Assembly (NCBI GenBank): GCA_965249485.1
Contig: OZ252239.1
Span: forward strand, 2,464,001-2,528,000
DNA length: 64,000 nucleotides
Origin: a bacterium
GTDB lineage: Bacteria > SM23-31
Reading direction: 5' to 3'
Below the pieces are notes generated by a model, which made no database searches, had not been told where the DNA came from, and saw nothing but the letters and a program-made list of their open reading frames with translations. Positions 19,647 through 30,901 of this stretch are shown piece after piece. The first letter of the stretch is position 1; every line of letters starts with the position of its first letter. Position numbers and translations under genes: made by a program.

Positions 19647-20405
19647 CTAACCGCATAAAACAGCACCGCCATTAACATTGATCACCTCTCCTGTTATATG
19701 CCGGGCAAAATCGGAAGCGAGGAAGAGAATCGGTCCGGCAATATCCTCAGGTGATGGAATGCGTTTTAAGGGGATACCATCTGAAATTTCCTTTTTGGTC
19801 TTCGCATCAGAAAGAACACTGGTATTAAGATCGGTATCGACCCAACCCGGAGCAATACTATTAACAAGAATATTGTCCTGGGCAAGCTCTGCCGCGAGCG
19901 ACTTAGTGAATGAAATGATGGCACCCTTGGTAGCTGCATAATGGGAATGGAGAGCTTCGCCACGTTGACCTGCTGTAGAGGACAGGTTAATAATTCTTCC
20001 GCCGCCCTGCTTCCGCATAATTCTTACACCAGCCTGGCAGAGAAGAAAAAAGCTTTTGAGATTGACATCCATCATTTCGTCCCATGTGTCTTCAGACATT
20101 TCACCAATGGGGCCGTCGTTCCAGATACCATGATTATTCACGAGAATATCAATTTTGGCAAATTTAGTCATCGTTGCGTCAATAAACTTTTTCACATCCT
20201 CAGAATGGGAAAGATCGGCTTGAACTGTAACGCACATTCTACCTAGCTTTTCAACGTCTTGTTGTATTTTTGCTGCTGCTTCTTTATTTGTTTTAAAGTT
20301 GATTGCTACGTCCGATCCTGCTTGAGCGAACAGAATAGCTGCAGCAGCGCCAATTCCACGGGAACCACCGGTTATAATCGTTACTTTGCCATCTAAATTA
20401 ATCAT
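19647..20405 (-). CDS. Short-chain dehydrogenase/reductase (FabG-like)
   Basis: TGGSRGIG, VNNHG, YAATK. Confidence 0.9.
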   Translation of the reverse strand: MINLDGKVTIITGGSRGIGAAAAILFAQAGSDVAINFKTNKEAAAKIQQDVEKLGRMCVTVQADLSHSEDVKKFIDATMTKFAKIDILVNNHGIWNDGPIGEMSEDTWDEMMDVNLKSFFLLCQAGVRIMRKQGGGRIINLSSTAGQRGEALHSHYAATKGAIISFTKSLAAELAQDNILVNSIAPGWVDTDLNTSVLSDAKTKKEISDGIPLKRIPSPEDIAGPILFLASDFARHITGEVINVNGGAVLCG

Positions 20406-20615
20406 AAAGCCCCTCGAATAGGTTGTACAATAAATATGAAGGGCAATTGTAATCATTTTTTAGCATATTTTCAATTGATTTTTGTAATACTGTTGATCGG
20501 TGATTTTTCTTGCTTTTATATGAGTGTATCGCTATTTTTTCAATAAGTATTGTTACAATTATGCTCAACTTGCCCGAAAATAACGTCTAAAATAAATCCT
20601 CAATTATCTGATGAA

Positions 20616-21647
20616 ATGATCGAATTTCAACGCTTACCAGAGCTCTATAAAAGAATTCTGAAAATCCTTCTTCTTATAGGAGTAGTCATAACCTTTGGTA
20701 CGACCGGTTTTACGATAATTCAACCTGAGCACACGCTTTTTGATGCATTTTATATGACGATCATAACACTTTCGACTGTTGGATACCAGGAAGTACTCCC
20801 ATTATCAACAGGAGCACGTGCATTCACAATAGTTTTGATTGGAATTGGAATTGGCTGTCTCGGATATGGTGTCAGCTCGATAACATCATTTATAGTAGAA
20901 GGTGAAATCAAAAACACATTCAGGAATCGAAAAATGGATAAAGCTATTAAAAAACTGAAAAATCATATAATATTGTGCGGTCATGGCAGATTGGGAAGCC
21001 ATGCTGCAAAAGAATTACTCAATTGGAAGCAGCCATTTGTTGTCATTGAGAGCAACCGGGAAATTGCCGAATCACTCAAAGAAGTCGGTGAGATTATCTG
21101 TTTACAAGGTAACGCAACAGAAGACGCAGTCCTGTTAGAGGCAGGAGTTCAGCACGCTAAAGGACTTATTACCGCATTATCGGAAGATACCGACAACCTG
21201 TTTGTTGCACTGTCTGCACGGCGTTTGAATAAGGATTTAACCATAATATCGCGTGCTGAATACATGAGCTCGGAAGAAAAACTCATCACCGCCGGTGCCA
21301 ATAAAGTCATGTCTCCCGCTCAAATTGCGGGGAGGAGGATGGCATCAATGCTTATAAATCCTGAGGTAGCCGATTTTCTGGATGTGTTTGTCGATTCGTG
21401 GGATCTGAATCTATCGCTGCAGGAGCTTCATATCAGGGAGGGGTGCGAACTTGACGGTGTTCTGATCAAAAATTCAAACCTACCTCATGAAATCCGTGTT
21501 ATCGGTCTGAAAGACGAGAATGGAAAAATGGAAATTAATCCTGGCGGTGATTCTATTATCAATGCCAAAAGAACATTGATTATACTTGGTTCACGGGAGA
21601 AGATTGATCAGCTCCGTGCACATTCCGGCATTGAAGTTACAACATGA
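20616..21647 (+). CDS. Potassium channel with TrkA-N/C (RCK) domains
   Basis: TLSTVGY pore region, CGHGRLG, GNATED. Confidence 0.9.
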   Translation: MIEFQRLPELYKRILKILLLIGVVITFGTTGFTIIQPEHTLFDAFYMTIITLSTVGYQEVLPLSTGARAFTIVLIGIGIGCLGYGVSSITSFIVEGEIKNTFRNRKMDKAIKKLKNHIILCGHGRLGSHAAKELLNWKQPFVVIESNREIAESLKEVGEIICLQGNATEDAVLLEAGVQHAKGLITALSEDTDNLFVALSARRLNKDLTIISRAEYMSSEEKLITAGANKVMSPAQIAGRRMASMLINPEVADFLDVFVDSWDLNLSLQELHIREGCELDGVLIKNSNLPHEIRVIGLKDENGKMEINPGGDSIINAKRTLIILGSREKIDQLRAHSGIEVTT

Positions 21648-21706
21648 TTGAATCACGCTATTTTATAATTAATTACCGAAAGTAACATTAACCGGCGTGT
21701 ATTATC

Positions 21707-22558
21707 ATGAATATAAGACTACAATGTGCAGAAAATTTTTATCCTGGAAAGCTGCAGGACCAGATTGAGGGCTTTATTTCTGAATTCGAACAACCGGATG
21801 ATTTAACTTCACCGATAGCCGGTGTGGTTCCGCATGCAGGATGGATGTTTTCGGGAAGAATTGCCGCCCAGGTTTTTGCAGTTTTCAAAAAATGCAGCAA
21901 GCCTGATACCTTCATATTGTTCGGTACGGTTCACAATATTCATCAGGTTCCGAAATCTGCTGTTTATGGTGAAGGGTGTTGGAATACACCTTTTGGAGAT
22001 ATTGAAATTGACGAAGATTTAGCAGAATACATTATGGAAAGTATTCCTGAACTCATCGTGAACAATATAGACGCACATAATGGAGAACACTCTCTTGAAG
22101 TGCAGATTCCGTTTATAAAATATTTGTTCCCTGATTCAAAGATAGTTCCCATTGCTGTTCGTCCTGAAATGAATGCTGTAGAAATAGGAAATAATATATC
22201 TTCTATTGTGCAGAATAGTGAGAAATCTATTAAGATCGTCGGAACCACCGACTTAACCCATTACGGACACAACTACGGATTTGCACCTGCAGGTCAAGGA
22301 GATAAAGCACTTGACTGGATGAACGAAAATGACAAATCGATTATAAATCTCGCTCTGTCGATGAATGCGGATAAAATTGTTGAAGAAGCTCAAACGAATC
22401 ACAATGCCTGTGGTTCGGGAGCATTGGCTGCTACTGTTTCATTTGCACGCTCATTGGGAATCCAACGTGGCAGGCTCCTTGACTATGCTACGAGTTATGA
22501 TGTTATGCCCGATCCTGAGTTTACAATGGGGGTGGGATATGCAGGAATTGTGTTCTGA
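21707..22558 (+). CDS. MEMO1-family protein (AmmeMemoRadiSam system protein B)
   Basis: VVPHAGWMFSG, EHSLEVQIPF, TDLTHYG, NACG, VGYAG. Confidence 0.92.
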   Translation: MNIRLQCAENFYPGKLQDQIEGFISEFEQPDDLTSPIAGVVPHAGWMFSGRIAAQVFAVFKKCSKPDTFILFGTVHNIHQVPKSAVYGEGCWNTPFGDIEIDEDLAEYIMESIPELIVNNIDAHNGEHSLEVQIPFIKYLFPDSKIVPIAVRPEMNAVEIGNNISSIVQNSEKSIKIVGTTDLTHYGHNYGFAPAGQGDKALDWMNENDKSIINLALSMNADKIVEEAQTNHNACGSGALAATVSFARSLGIQRGRLLDYATSYDVMPDPEFTMGVGYAGIVF

Positions 22559-22709
22559 AGAGATTTATCAAGATTGCTACGAAAGTAGCCTTCAAAGCAG
22601 AAATGTTATTTTTTAATTGTCACAGTGATGATAATTATAAATAACTTTATCAATATCAGAGGCACTTGTAAAAAATAAGCAACTCAGTCACACTTTTTTT
22701 TATGCATTA

Positions 22710-23885
22710 ATGTCATTTATAATTGGGTGTTCACAGAATGAACCAGTGACATTAGATCAACAATCTATTCAAGAAATCAAAACTCCTTCAGGAAAAGGCA
22801 GCAAGGGACCAAATCTTGTAACCGGAGATGATGGAAATGTATATTTAAGCTGGATTGAATCTGACGAAGAAAAAGGTAATATATTCAAGTATGCTTCGTA
22901 TAAGGAGAGTAAATGGTCTCAACCCAGCATAATTACTCAAGGGGATGATTGGTTTGTGAGTGAAGCCGATTATTCTTCTTTAGCTGTTCGAGGCGATGGT
23001 TCTATGGCGGCGCATTGGTTACCTAAAACCGGCGAAGAATATTATGCTTATGACATTAATATTACACAATCTTCAAATGGTGGAAAGATATGGAAAACTC
23101 CTTTTAGTCCTCATGATGACGGTGTAAAGTCTGATCATGGCTTTGTATCTATTTTACCGTGGGATGATAACCGTTTTTTCATCACATGGTTAGACGGACG
23201 TAATAATTTCACAACAAAGGAGATGATGTTGCGTTTTGCACTATTTGACGACGATGGTCTATTGTATAATGAAGAAGTTTTTGATTACCGTGTTTGCGAT
23301 TGTTGTCAGACTTCTGCTGTTCGGACGAAAAATGGCGCTGTAGTAGTCTATCGTGATCGTTCTGAGGAAGAAATCCGCGACATTGCATACATACGATATC
23401 TTGAGGGTTCATGGACTGAACCTCAGATTTTATACAAAGACGACTGGTTAATTAAAGGCTGTCCTGTTAACGGACCATCTGTTGCTGCATTAGACGAAAT
23501 TGTAGCTGTGGCTTAGTTCACAGGAGCAAACTTAAAATCAGCGGTCAAAGTTATTTTTTCCAAAGATGAAGGCGAGAATTTCGGCCAACCTATTTTTGTA
23601 GATGACGGAAAACCAATGGGACGTGTAGATATTGTCATGCTCCCGGATGGTACAGCATTAGTCAGCTGGTTGGAATTTGTCGGTATAAGTAGCGAAATTC
23701 GTGTCCGTCGTGTTTATCCTAATGGGATGAAAGATTCCTCATTTACTTTGGAAAAGGCGGGTGGTGGAAGTGTAAGCGGTTGGCCACAAATAGAAATCAT
23801 TAATGATGAAATAATTTTTGCATGGACCAATTCAGAGAGCCCTTCTATTATAAGATCAGCAACAGAGAAACTGATAAGATTTTAG
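22710..23885 (+). pseudogene. BNR/sialidase-fold lipoprotein interrupted by in-frame TAG at 23514-23516
   Basis: VCDCCQT, RDIAY, GCPVNGP; VAVA*FT continues in frame into ORF 23616-23885; lipobox IIGC but no proper start codon upstream. Confidence 0.75.
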
Positions 23886-23932
23886 ATTGTTTGTCATTGA
23901 ACATTTTGGTTTAATTTACGGTAGACAAATAC

Positions 23933-24844
23933 TTACTCTTCTTGAGATGTAAGGTGATTGAGTAGAAGTTCCTTGATCGGATCAAAGGGCATGTCGATTC
24001 CCGTCCAAATTTTAAACGATTGAGCACCCTGATAGATGAACATGTCAAGCCCCGAAAGTGTTAAAGCACCTCGTTTTTCTGCGCTCTGAATAAATGATGT
24101 GCGGAGTGGGGTATATATAATATCATACGCTATTTGACCTGGACGGAAAAAGCGTGTACAATAGTCGGGAAAATCCTGTTTGAAGCCTTTCATTCCTAAC
24201 GGTGTACAATTAACTAGCAGTCTGCTCTCCCAAATCAGTTCCCCTAGCTCTGCACTGTTGTTTAATTCCATCCAATCCAGCATTGTCGACCCTTTTTTCC
24301 ATTTTTCTGCGTTGTCCAGCAGGTTTTCCGCTTGTTCCTTGTCTTCAATCCGCGTAATCATGGTGAGCTTCGGAAAGTTGAAATTGTGCAGCAGTCCAAA
24401 TAAAACTGTTCTTGCTACACCTCCCGAACCAAAAACAATTACCGGTTCGTGTTCAATGGGTTTCACATATTCTCGTAGGGGTGTGAGAAATCCTTCAAGA
24501 TCTGTGTTGTAGCCTTTTCGTTTGCCATCAACAAAATGAATCGTATTAACAGATCCAATACTTGCTGCTTCAGAAGAGATGTCATCGAGATATTGTTGAA
24601 TATGCTCTTTCAATGGGAGTGTGATATTCAAACCGGTTAGGCCACTATCAAAAACTTCCTTTAATGCCAATTCAAGATCAGGAACATCGACAGAGAATGG
24701 AAAATAGACAGCATCAATATTGGTAAGGCTGTAAGCTTTATTGTGCATAAGAGGAGAGAGACTGTGGGACACAGGAAACCCAAAGAGTCCATACACATTT
24801 TTCCCCGATTCTATTTCCGGACGGATTTTTGCAAGATTTTCCAA
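23933..24844 (-). CDS. aroE: Shikimate dehydrogenase
   Basis: HSLSPLMHN, NITLPLK, SVNT, NTD, GLDMFIYQG. Confidence 0.95.
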   Translation of the reverse strand: MENLAKIRPEIESGKNVYGLFGFPVSHSLSPLMHNKAYSLTNIDAVYFPFSVDVPDLELALKEVFDSGLTGLNITLPLKEHIQQYLDDISSEAASIGSVNTIHFVDGKRKGYNTDLEGFLTPLREYVKPIEHEPVIVFGSGGVARTVLFGLLHNFNFPKLTMITRIEDKEQAENLLDNAEKWKKGSTMLDWMELNNSAELGELIWESRLLVNCTPLGMKGFKQDFPDYCTRFFRPGQIAYDIIYTPLRTSFIQSAEKRGALTLSGLDMFIYQGAQSFKIWTGIDMPFDPIKELLLNHLTSQEE

Positions 24845-24900
24845 TGATTTTTCCTTATCGGAGATGGTGATAATAAGAAGTAGTATACAGCATCATGCTC

Positions 24901-25338
24901 TTAGGCAAGGTCATGCAGTGCATCAACCGCCAGGAGATACCCTTGTGCACCGATTCCGAAAATGCCTCCAGTCGCTGCCTTAGATGTATGAGAATGGTGA
25001 CGGAACGATTCACGTTTATGGATATTAGAGAGATGTACCTCGATTATCGGACACGATAGCGCCGTAAGTGCGTCATAGAGAGCAATGCTGGTATGCGTAT
25101 ATGCACCGGGATTGATAATTAATCCATCCATCCATGCGCGGTTTTCATGAATAGCATCCAGTAGTGCGCCTTCATGATTTGACTGAAAAAAACGGCACTC
25201 AATACCATGCGATTCTGCTTTATTCTCGATAAGATTGTTGATATCCTGTAGGGTTTGCGAACCGTAAATTTCAGGTTCCCGCTCTCCGAGTAGATTCAAA
25301 TTTGGACCATGAACAACAAATATTTTTTTCATGTTCAC
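24901..25338 (-). CDS. aroQ: Type II 3-dehydroquinate dehydratase
   Basis: GPNLNLLGEREPEIYG, NPGAYTHTS, EVHLSN. Confidence 0.97.
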   Translation of the reverse strand: MNMKKIFVVHGPNLNLLGEREPEIYGSQTLQDINNLIENKAESHGIECRFFQSNHEGALLDAIHENRAWMDGLIINPGAYTHTSIALYDALTALSCPIIEVHLSNIHKRESFRHHSHTSKAATGGIFGIGAQGYLLAVDALHDLA

Positions 25339-25357
25339 ACCATAGTTTATATAAAAA

Positions 25358-26449
25358 TTAGTTATATTTAATATAGGTAAATGCGTCTTCCATATCCGAT
25401 TCAGTAATTTCGGTTGAAATCTGAGTATTGCCTATTGATTCGAGTAAAACAAACCGGAGTTTTGCATCTACATTTTTTTTATCTTTCTTAATGTACTCTC
25501 GAATAGTACCAAAATCGAGACCTTTCAGATCAATTCCTCCATCTAGACGTTTAAGGTCAGTATCAACACGCACGTAGTCATCATCAGACAATACCTTTTT
25601 CTGGTGCGAAACACGGAGTGCTGCACGCATCCCTAACAATACAGCCTCACCGTGAATTATAGTGCCGGCACCTAATGCTCCTTCTATGGCATGTCCGATT
25701 GTGTGACCGAAATTGAGAATTCTTCGAATTCCCGATTCTTTTTCATCTTGACTGACCACATCTGCTTTAACGAGCACACTTTTTCTGATAATATCTGCAA
25801 CAAGATCGATATCCGATAGCGAAATAATTTCATCGAGATTCGAATAAATAGTGTGATACAATTTAGGGTCGCTAATAAGCCCGGTTTTCACAACCTCTGC
25901 TAATCCTGCAACAATCTGTCTCTGGGAAAGCGTTTTTAGCACTTCCGGATCGATAAATACAGCTTTGGGTTGGTAAAAAGAACCAACTAAGTTTTTAATC
26001 CCGTCTAAATTTACTCCAACTTTACCGCCAACCGAACTATCGCACACTGAAAGAAGAGTGGTCGGTATCTGGACATAATGAATTCCTCTTAAGTAGATTG
26101 CGGCAACAAAACCGCCGACATCGCCAACAACTCCGCCTCCAAATGCAACAACAGCAGAATTTCTGTCTAATTGGTCTTTAACAAGCTGACTGCAGAGATC
26201 GGTAACGATTTCCGTCGATTTCGATTGTTCTCCCGGCTCAAATGTGTGTTGCGTACAGGTAAATCCAGACTCCTCAAGTGTTTGTAATAATGGAACTCCA
26301 TAGAGTTCAAAAACTGTTGTATCGCTGATAATTGCCAACCGTTTACCCGTCAACACCTTTTTAAGATAATCACCTATATGCCGAAGAAGTCCAGATTCAA
26401 TCACTATATCATAACTTCGATCATCCAATTCAACATGAATATTTGACAT
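25358..26449 (-). CDS. aroB: 3-dehydroquinate synthase
   Basis: GGGVVGD, PTTLL..DSSVGGK, LNFGHTIGHAIE. Confidence 0.97.
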   Translation of the reverse strand: MSNIHVELDDRSYDIVIESGLLRHIGDYLKKVLTGKRLAIISDTTVFELYGVPLLQTLEESGFTCTQHTFEPGEQSKSTEIVTDLCSQLVKDQLDRNSAVVAFGGGVVGDVGGFVAAIYLRGIHYVQIPTTLLSVCDSSVGGKVGVNLDGIKNLVGSFYQPKAVFIDPEVLKTLSQRQIVAGLAEVVKTGLISDPKLYHTIYSNLDEIISLSDIDLVADIIRKSVLVKADVVSQDEKESGIRRILNFGHTIGHAIEGALGAGTIIHGEAVLLGMRAALRVSHQKKVLSDDDYVRVDTDLKRLDGGIDLKGLDFGTIREYIKKDKKNVDAKLRFVLLESIGNTQISTEITESDMEDAFTYIKYN

Positions 26450-26472
26450 TGTATAATAATTCTCCCGTTGGA

Positions 26473-27633
26473 TTAGACTGTTCTTCTTGTGTCATATGTT
26501 GAGCGTATATCATCAATATGATCACCGCTGAATTTTTCGAGAAATACTTGTGCAAGGACAAGTGATAAAACTGCTTCTCCCACAACGCCTGCTGCAGGTA
26601 CCGCACAAATATCAGAGCGTTCAACACGTGCTAAAACAGCCTCCCGAGTTTTCATGTCAACCGAATCGAGAGCAGAGAGGAGGGTTGAAATCGGTTTCAT
26701 AGTGATTGTCACAACCAGTGGTTGACCGTTTGTAATCCCTCCTTCGAGTCCACCGGCGTTATTGGTTCTTCGAATTATCGCCTGCGTTGACTGCTCTTTG
26801 TCTATCGGATCATGTACTTCAGAGCCAAATCTTCGTCCACATTCTATTCCAAGTCCAATCTCAACCGCTTTAATTGCTGGAATTGACATCATTGCTTCAG
26901 CGATTCGTCCGTCAAGTTTTCTATCCCAATGTGTATGACTTCCCAAACCGACAGGTAAGCCCGATGCAATGATTTCTATTCTACCGCCGACAGTGTCTCC
27001 ATTCTCTTTTGCTTCATCGATAACAGCGATCATTGATTTTTCGGCTTGTGAGTCAAGGCATCTGACAAGAGACTCATCCGCACGCTGTGATTCGAGTAAC
27101 GTTTTTTTGGAATCGAATGTAGCGCTGCTTTTAACTTGATGCATTTCTATTACATGGCTGCCAATTTGAATACCAAATTCTTCCAAAAACTGACGAGTGA
27201 TACCACTGAGTGCTGTACGGGCTGCTGTTTCTCGTGCACTTGCCCGGTCTATTATGTTGCGCATATCCGTATGGCCATATTTGACGGCACCTGCAAGGTC
27301 AGCGTGTCCCGGACGTGGAATAGTGATTTCTGATGGTCTATCTTCATCCGGAATCGGCTCGGAATTCATCCGATTTTTCCAATTAACCCAGTCGTTATTT
27401 TCAACTTCGACAGTGATTGGCGCACCAGTTGTATTTCCAAACCGGATTCCGGAAAGAATAGTGACAGTGTCACTTTCTATCTTCATCCGGCCACCTCTAC
27501 CATAGCCCTGCTGTCTTCGGAAAAGCTGTTGATTTATTTTATCATTGTCAATAACAGCACCGGCTGGCATTCCTTCAAGAATTCCAATAAGCGTTTTCCC
27601 GTGCGATTCACCACTGGTCATATATCTCAGCAT
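26473..27633 (-). CDS. aroC: Chorismate synthase
   Basis: GESHG, RPGHAD, RASARETA, MKPIST, RSDIC. Confidence 0.97.
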   Translation of the reverse strand: MLRYMTSGESHGKTLIGILEGMPAGAVIDNDKINQQLFRRQQGYGRGGRMKIESDTVTILSGIRFGNTTGAPITVEVENNDWVNWKNRMNSEPIPDEDRPSEITIPRPGHADLAGAVKYGHTDMRNIIDRASARETAARTALSGITRQFLEEFGIQIGSHVIEMHQVKSSATFDSKKTLLESQRADESLVRCLDSQAEKSMIAVIDEAKENGDTVGGRIEIIASGLPVGLGSHTHWDRKLDGRIAEAMMSIPAIKAVEIGLGIECGRRFGSEVHDPIDKEQSTQAIIRRTNNAGGLEGGITNGQPLVVTITMKPISTLLSALDSVDMKTREAVLARVERSDICAVPAAGVVGEAVLSLVLAQVFLEKFSGDHIDDIRSTYDTRRTV

Positions 27634-27689
27634 AGTATTGTCCTGTAAGTATTTATGTAAATCATATAAAGTTGTGCTTTATAACTAAA

Positions 27690-28994
27690 TTACTTCCTGA
27701 TGCTATTTATTAAATCATAAAAGCCGGGAAATGAAATATCTGCCCAATGGCCTTCTTTAATACTAGTATTTCCATCCAGAGCGGTACCGGCAACTGCAAA
27801 GGCCATAGCTATTCTATGATCTCCGAATGAGTCAAATTCCGCACTATGTTTGTTACGGTTTGAAGATATAATCAGCCCATCAGATAGCTCTTCAACATCA
27901 ATACCCATATTCTCAAGATTTTTGCAAAGAGCGTGGATTCTATCAGTTTCTTTTACTCGTAGTTCTTGTGCATCTCTAATTTCTGTTTTACCTTCAGAAA
28001 AAGCCCCTGCAACAGCTATAATCGGAAGTTCATCTATTACTCTCGGTATAATATCGCCACTTATTGTAATGCCTTTGAGCTTAGAAGATTTAATTACCAG
28101 ATCAGCTACTTCTTCCCCTCCGGTAACAGTAGCGTTATGTTCTTTTATATCTGCGCCCATTAATGTGAGAACATCGATAATACCGGTACGGGTTTTATTC
28201 ATCCCAACATGTTTGATCGTAAGGTGTGAACCGGGCAGGAGACAGGCCAATACCGCAAAAAAAGCCGCGCCTGAAATATCACCCGGAATTGTAAGGTCAA
28301 ATGGCATTAAAGAATCAACGCCGGTAATGGAAATACTATTTGTGCTTGTTTCAGTCTGTACAGGCACTCCACACGAAGATAGCAGACGCTCGGTATGATC
28401 CCTCGAAGGAAGTGGTTCAATCACTGTAGTGGTTCCATGCGCATAAAGTCCTGCGAGTAGTACTGCAGATTTTACTTGTGCACTTGCAACTGGCATTTCA
28501 TACGTGATCGGCTGAAGTTGGGCGGAATTAACGGTGTAGGGGAGATTTCCATCAGTACCCGAGCAGGTAATGTCAGCACCCATTTTTCTTAATGGGATCA
28601 AAATTCTATTCATCGGCCGCTGTTGTAGTGATGCATCACCGGTTAATTCAAATGAATTGCGCTGTCCTGCAAGGATACCTGTTAATAATCGGAGAGTCGT
28701 ACCGGAATTGCCACAATCGAGCGCTTCTTGATTTGAATTAAATCCGTACAGTCCATTTCCCTCAATAATGATAAATTCGGAGCCGGATTTTTCTGTATAA
28801 ATCCCGAGGTTTTGTACACATTTGAGAGCACTTTGGATATCTTCTCCGCTGCCGAGACCTTTGATGCTGCTTGCTCCATCAGCCATAGCTGCTAAAAGAA
28901 CAGCACGAATTGATATCGACTTGTCTCCAGGTACATGAATTGTCCCCTGTGCTGACCCTCCTGGTACGACCGTTATAGTATTCTCTGCGGTCAC
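27690..28994 (-). CDS. aroA: EPSP synthase
   Basis: PGDKSIS, GNSGTT, SAQVKSA, RDHTE, KETDR, DHRIAM. Confidence 0.97.
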   Translation of the reverse strand: MTAENTITVVPGGSAQGTIHVPGDKSISIRAVLLAAMADGASSIKGLGSGEDIQSALKCVQNLGIYTEKSGSEFIIIEGNGLYGFNSNQEALDCGNSGTTLRLLTGILAGQRNSFELTGDASLQQRPMNRILIPLRKMGADITCSGTDGNLPYTVNSAQLQPITYEMPVASAQVKSAVLLAGLYAHGTTTVIEPLPSRDHTERLLSSCGVPVQTETSTNSISITGVDSLMPFDLTIPGDISGAAFFAVLACLLPGSHLTIKHVGMNKTRTGIIDVLTLMGADIKEHNATVTGGEEVADLVIKSSKLKGITISGDIIPRVIDELPIIAVAGAFSEGKTEIRDAQELRVKETDRIHALCKNLENMGIDVEELSDGLIISSNRNKHSAEFDSFGDHRIAMAFAVAGTALDGNTSIKEGHWADISFPGFYDLINSIRK

Positions 28995-30016
28995 TGTATC
29001 TCCGGTAACTTTCTATCAAGAGCTGGTGCTATAATTCTCATTTTATTCATAAGTTGCTCGAATTGCTGAGGATAAAGAGATTGGCGCCCATCAGAAACTG
29101 CTTTGTCCGGCTCTGGGTGCACTTCGACGATGAGTCCATCTGCTCCTGCGCTAATTGAACCGAGCGATAATGATAGTACATTTTCTCTTACTCCCGCAGC
29201 ATGGCTCGGATCGACAATGATAGGCAAATGGCTCAATTTCTTAATCACAGGAATTATGCTGATGTCCAGAGTAAATCGAGAATGCTGGGCAAATGTCCGT
29301 ACACCCCGTTCACATAATACTACATTGTAATTTCCTTCAGCCATAATATATTCAGCTGACATTAAGAATTCCTCTAATGTTGCAGAGAGTCCCCGCTTCA
29401 AGAGAATCGGTTTACCGGTTTTTCCCGCTGCTTTCAAAAGAGAATAGTTCTGAATGTTCCGAGCACCTATTTGAAGCATATCTGCATATTGAGCAACAAG
29501 CAAAAGAGAATCATTATCGATGACCTCAGTCACAAACGGCAATCCGGTTTTTTCTCTTACATTTGCAAGGATTTCAAGACCTTCTTCACCTAAACCCTGA
29601 AAGGAATAGGGTGAAGTGCGAGGTTTGAAGACTCCGCCTCTGAGCATACTGGCGCCTGATTGCTGCAGACGATCAGCAAGCATTGTCATTTGTTCTTTAC
29701 TTTCTACAGCGCATGGACCTGCAATAAATTGAATTTCTTTATCCCCGAACCGGACACCGTTTATATCCAGTATTGTGTTATCAGGCTTTGTTTCCCTGCT
29801 GACAAGTTTGTAGGGTGCCGTTACCCTGATAACCTGAACAACGTCAGGAAGGTTTTCAAAACGGCTTGTATCGATCTGGCCTGTATTCCCGGTGACACCA
29901 ATTGAAGTCCTGAGCGATCCCGGGATACAGTGAGACACAAGACCGGAATCCTGTATGGCTTTGGTCACTTTTTCAATGCTTTTCTCATTGGCATTTTGGG
30001 ACATCACGACGAGCAT
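28991..30016 (-). CDS. aroF: DAHP synthase class I-beta, intact copy
   Basis: AGPCAVES, KPRTSPYSFQG, CERG, DPSH, EVHP, SDG. Confidence 0.95.
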   Translation of the reverse strand: MLVVMSQNANEKSIEKVTKAIQDSGLVSHCIPGSLRTSIGVTGNTGQIDTSRFENLPDVVQVIRVTAPYKLVSRETKPDNTILDINGVRFGDKEIQFIAGPCAVESKEQMTMLADRLQQSGASMLRGGVFKPRTSPYSFQGLGEEGLEILANVREKTGLPFVTEVIDNDSLLLVAQYADMLQIGARNIQNYSLLKAAGKTGKPILLKRGLSATLEEFLMSAEYIMAEGNYNVVLCERGVRTFAQHSRFTLDISIIPVIKKLSHLPIIVDPSHAAGVRENVLSLSLGSISAGADGLIVEVHPEPDKAVSDGRQSLYPQQFEQLMNKMRIIAPALDRKLPEIQ

Positions 30017-30025
30017 TATAGATCC

Positions 30026-30886
30026 TTATTGTGTTGCAATAAATTCTTTTCTGAATGTATTGGCAGCTTGAAATGCGTCATTAAGCTCTGGTTTATCCAG
30101 CTGTAATTTTAAACGTTTTAGTTCATCTATATACGTTTGCAGTTGTGTTGCTATATTTTTTCTATTTGACACAAAAATATCTTCCCAGACTGAAAAATCA
30201 CTTTCAGCTATCCGAGTCATATCTTTTAATGCAGGACCGCTCATGGTGAAATATCTTTCATCTAATTTGCTCTCATTACCAACAAGATTCATTAATGCGG
30301 TTGATATTAACTGTGGAAGATGACTGATACTTGAAACAATTTTGTCGTGCATTACTGAATCGATAACGACTCGATTAGCGCCTATTGCTTCAACCATACG
30401 TGACATTCGGTCGAAAACTTCTTTTGGTGTATTACCATCCTGAATTAGGGCATATGCCCGGTCACAAAATAACTCCGGCGAGCTGTTTAACAGGCCTGTT
30501 TTTTCTGAACCTGCCATTGGATGTCCACCAACAAAATTGGTGTCTCCGCTTTGAAAAGTCTGAGCAACTTCCATGATCACATGTTTCGTACTGCCGATAT
30601 CAGTTACAATACAGCCCTTTTTAACAGCCGGCATGACTTTAGGAATGAGGGTACAGATAATCCCGATAGGCACAGCGAGGACAACAAGATCTGCATCTTG
30701 AAGACCTTTTTTCATTTCGGACAAGGGATAACCTGAATCAATCAAATCTTGTTTGAGAGCGTGCGTGTAGGCATCCGAGCGGGTAATGCCGGTGACATGT
30801 TCACTTACCTTATATTTTTTTAACGCTCCGGCAAGGGAGCCGCCAATTATACCAAGACCGATAATGGCTGTCTTCTGAAATAACAT
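30026..30886 (-). CDS. tyrA: Prephenate/arogenate dehydrogenase
   Basis: GLGIIGGS, DIGSTK, HPMAGSE, SHLP. Confidence 0.93.
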   Translation of the reverse strand: MLFQKTAIIGLGIIGGSLAGALKKYKVSEHVTGITRSDAYTHALKQDLIDSGYPLSEMKKGLQDADLVVLAVPIGIICTLIPKVMPAVKKGCIVTDIGSTKHVIMEVAQTFQSGDTNFVGGHPMAGSEKTGLLNSSPELFCDRAYALIQDGNTPKEVFDRMSRMVEAIGANRVVIDSVMHDKIVSSISHLPQLISTALMNLVGNESKLDERYFTMSGPALKDMTRIAESDFSVWEDIFVSNRKNIATQLQTYIDELKRLKLQLDKPELNDAFQAANTFRKEFIATQ

Positions 30887-30901
30887 AATAAAGATTCCTG
30901 A

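Noticed and set aside
20616..21647. Non-canonical K+ filter TVGYQ
   Set aside because: Variation at this position is common in bacterial RCK-type channels; not notable on its own.
23514..23516. Pyrrolysine or amber recoding of the in-frame TAG (and selenocysteine at TGA 15462)
   Set aside because: TAG and TGA end many normal genes here; the TAG sits at an expected Trp; no pyl genes or SECIS-like evidence seen.
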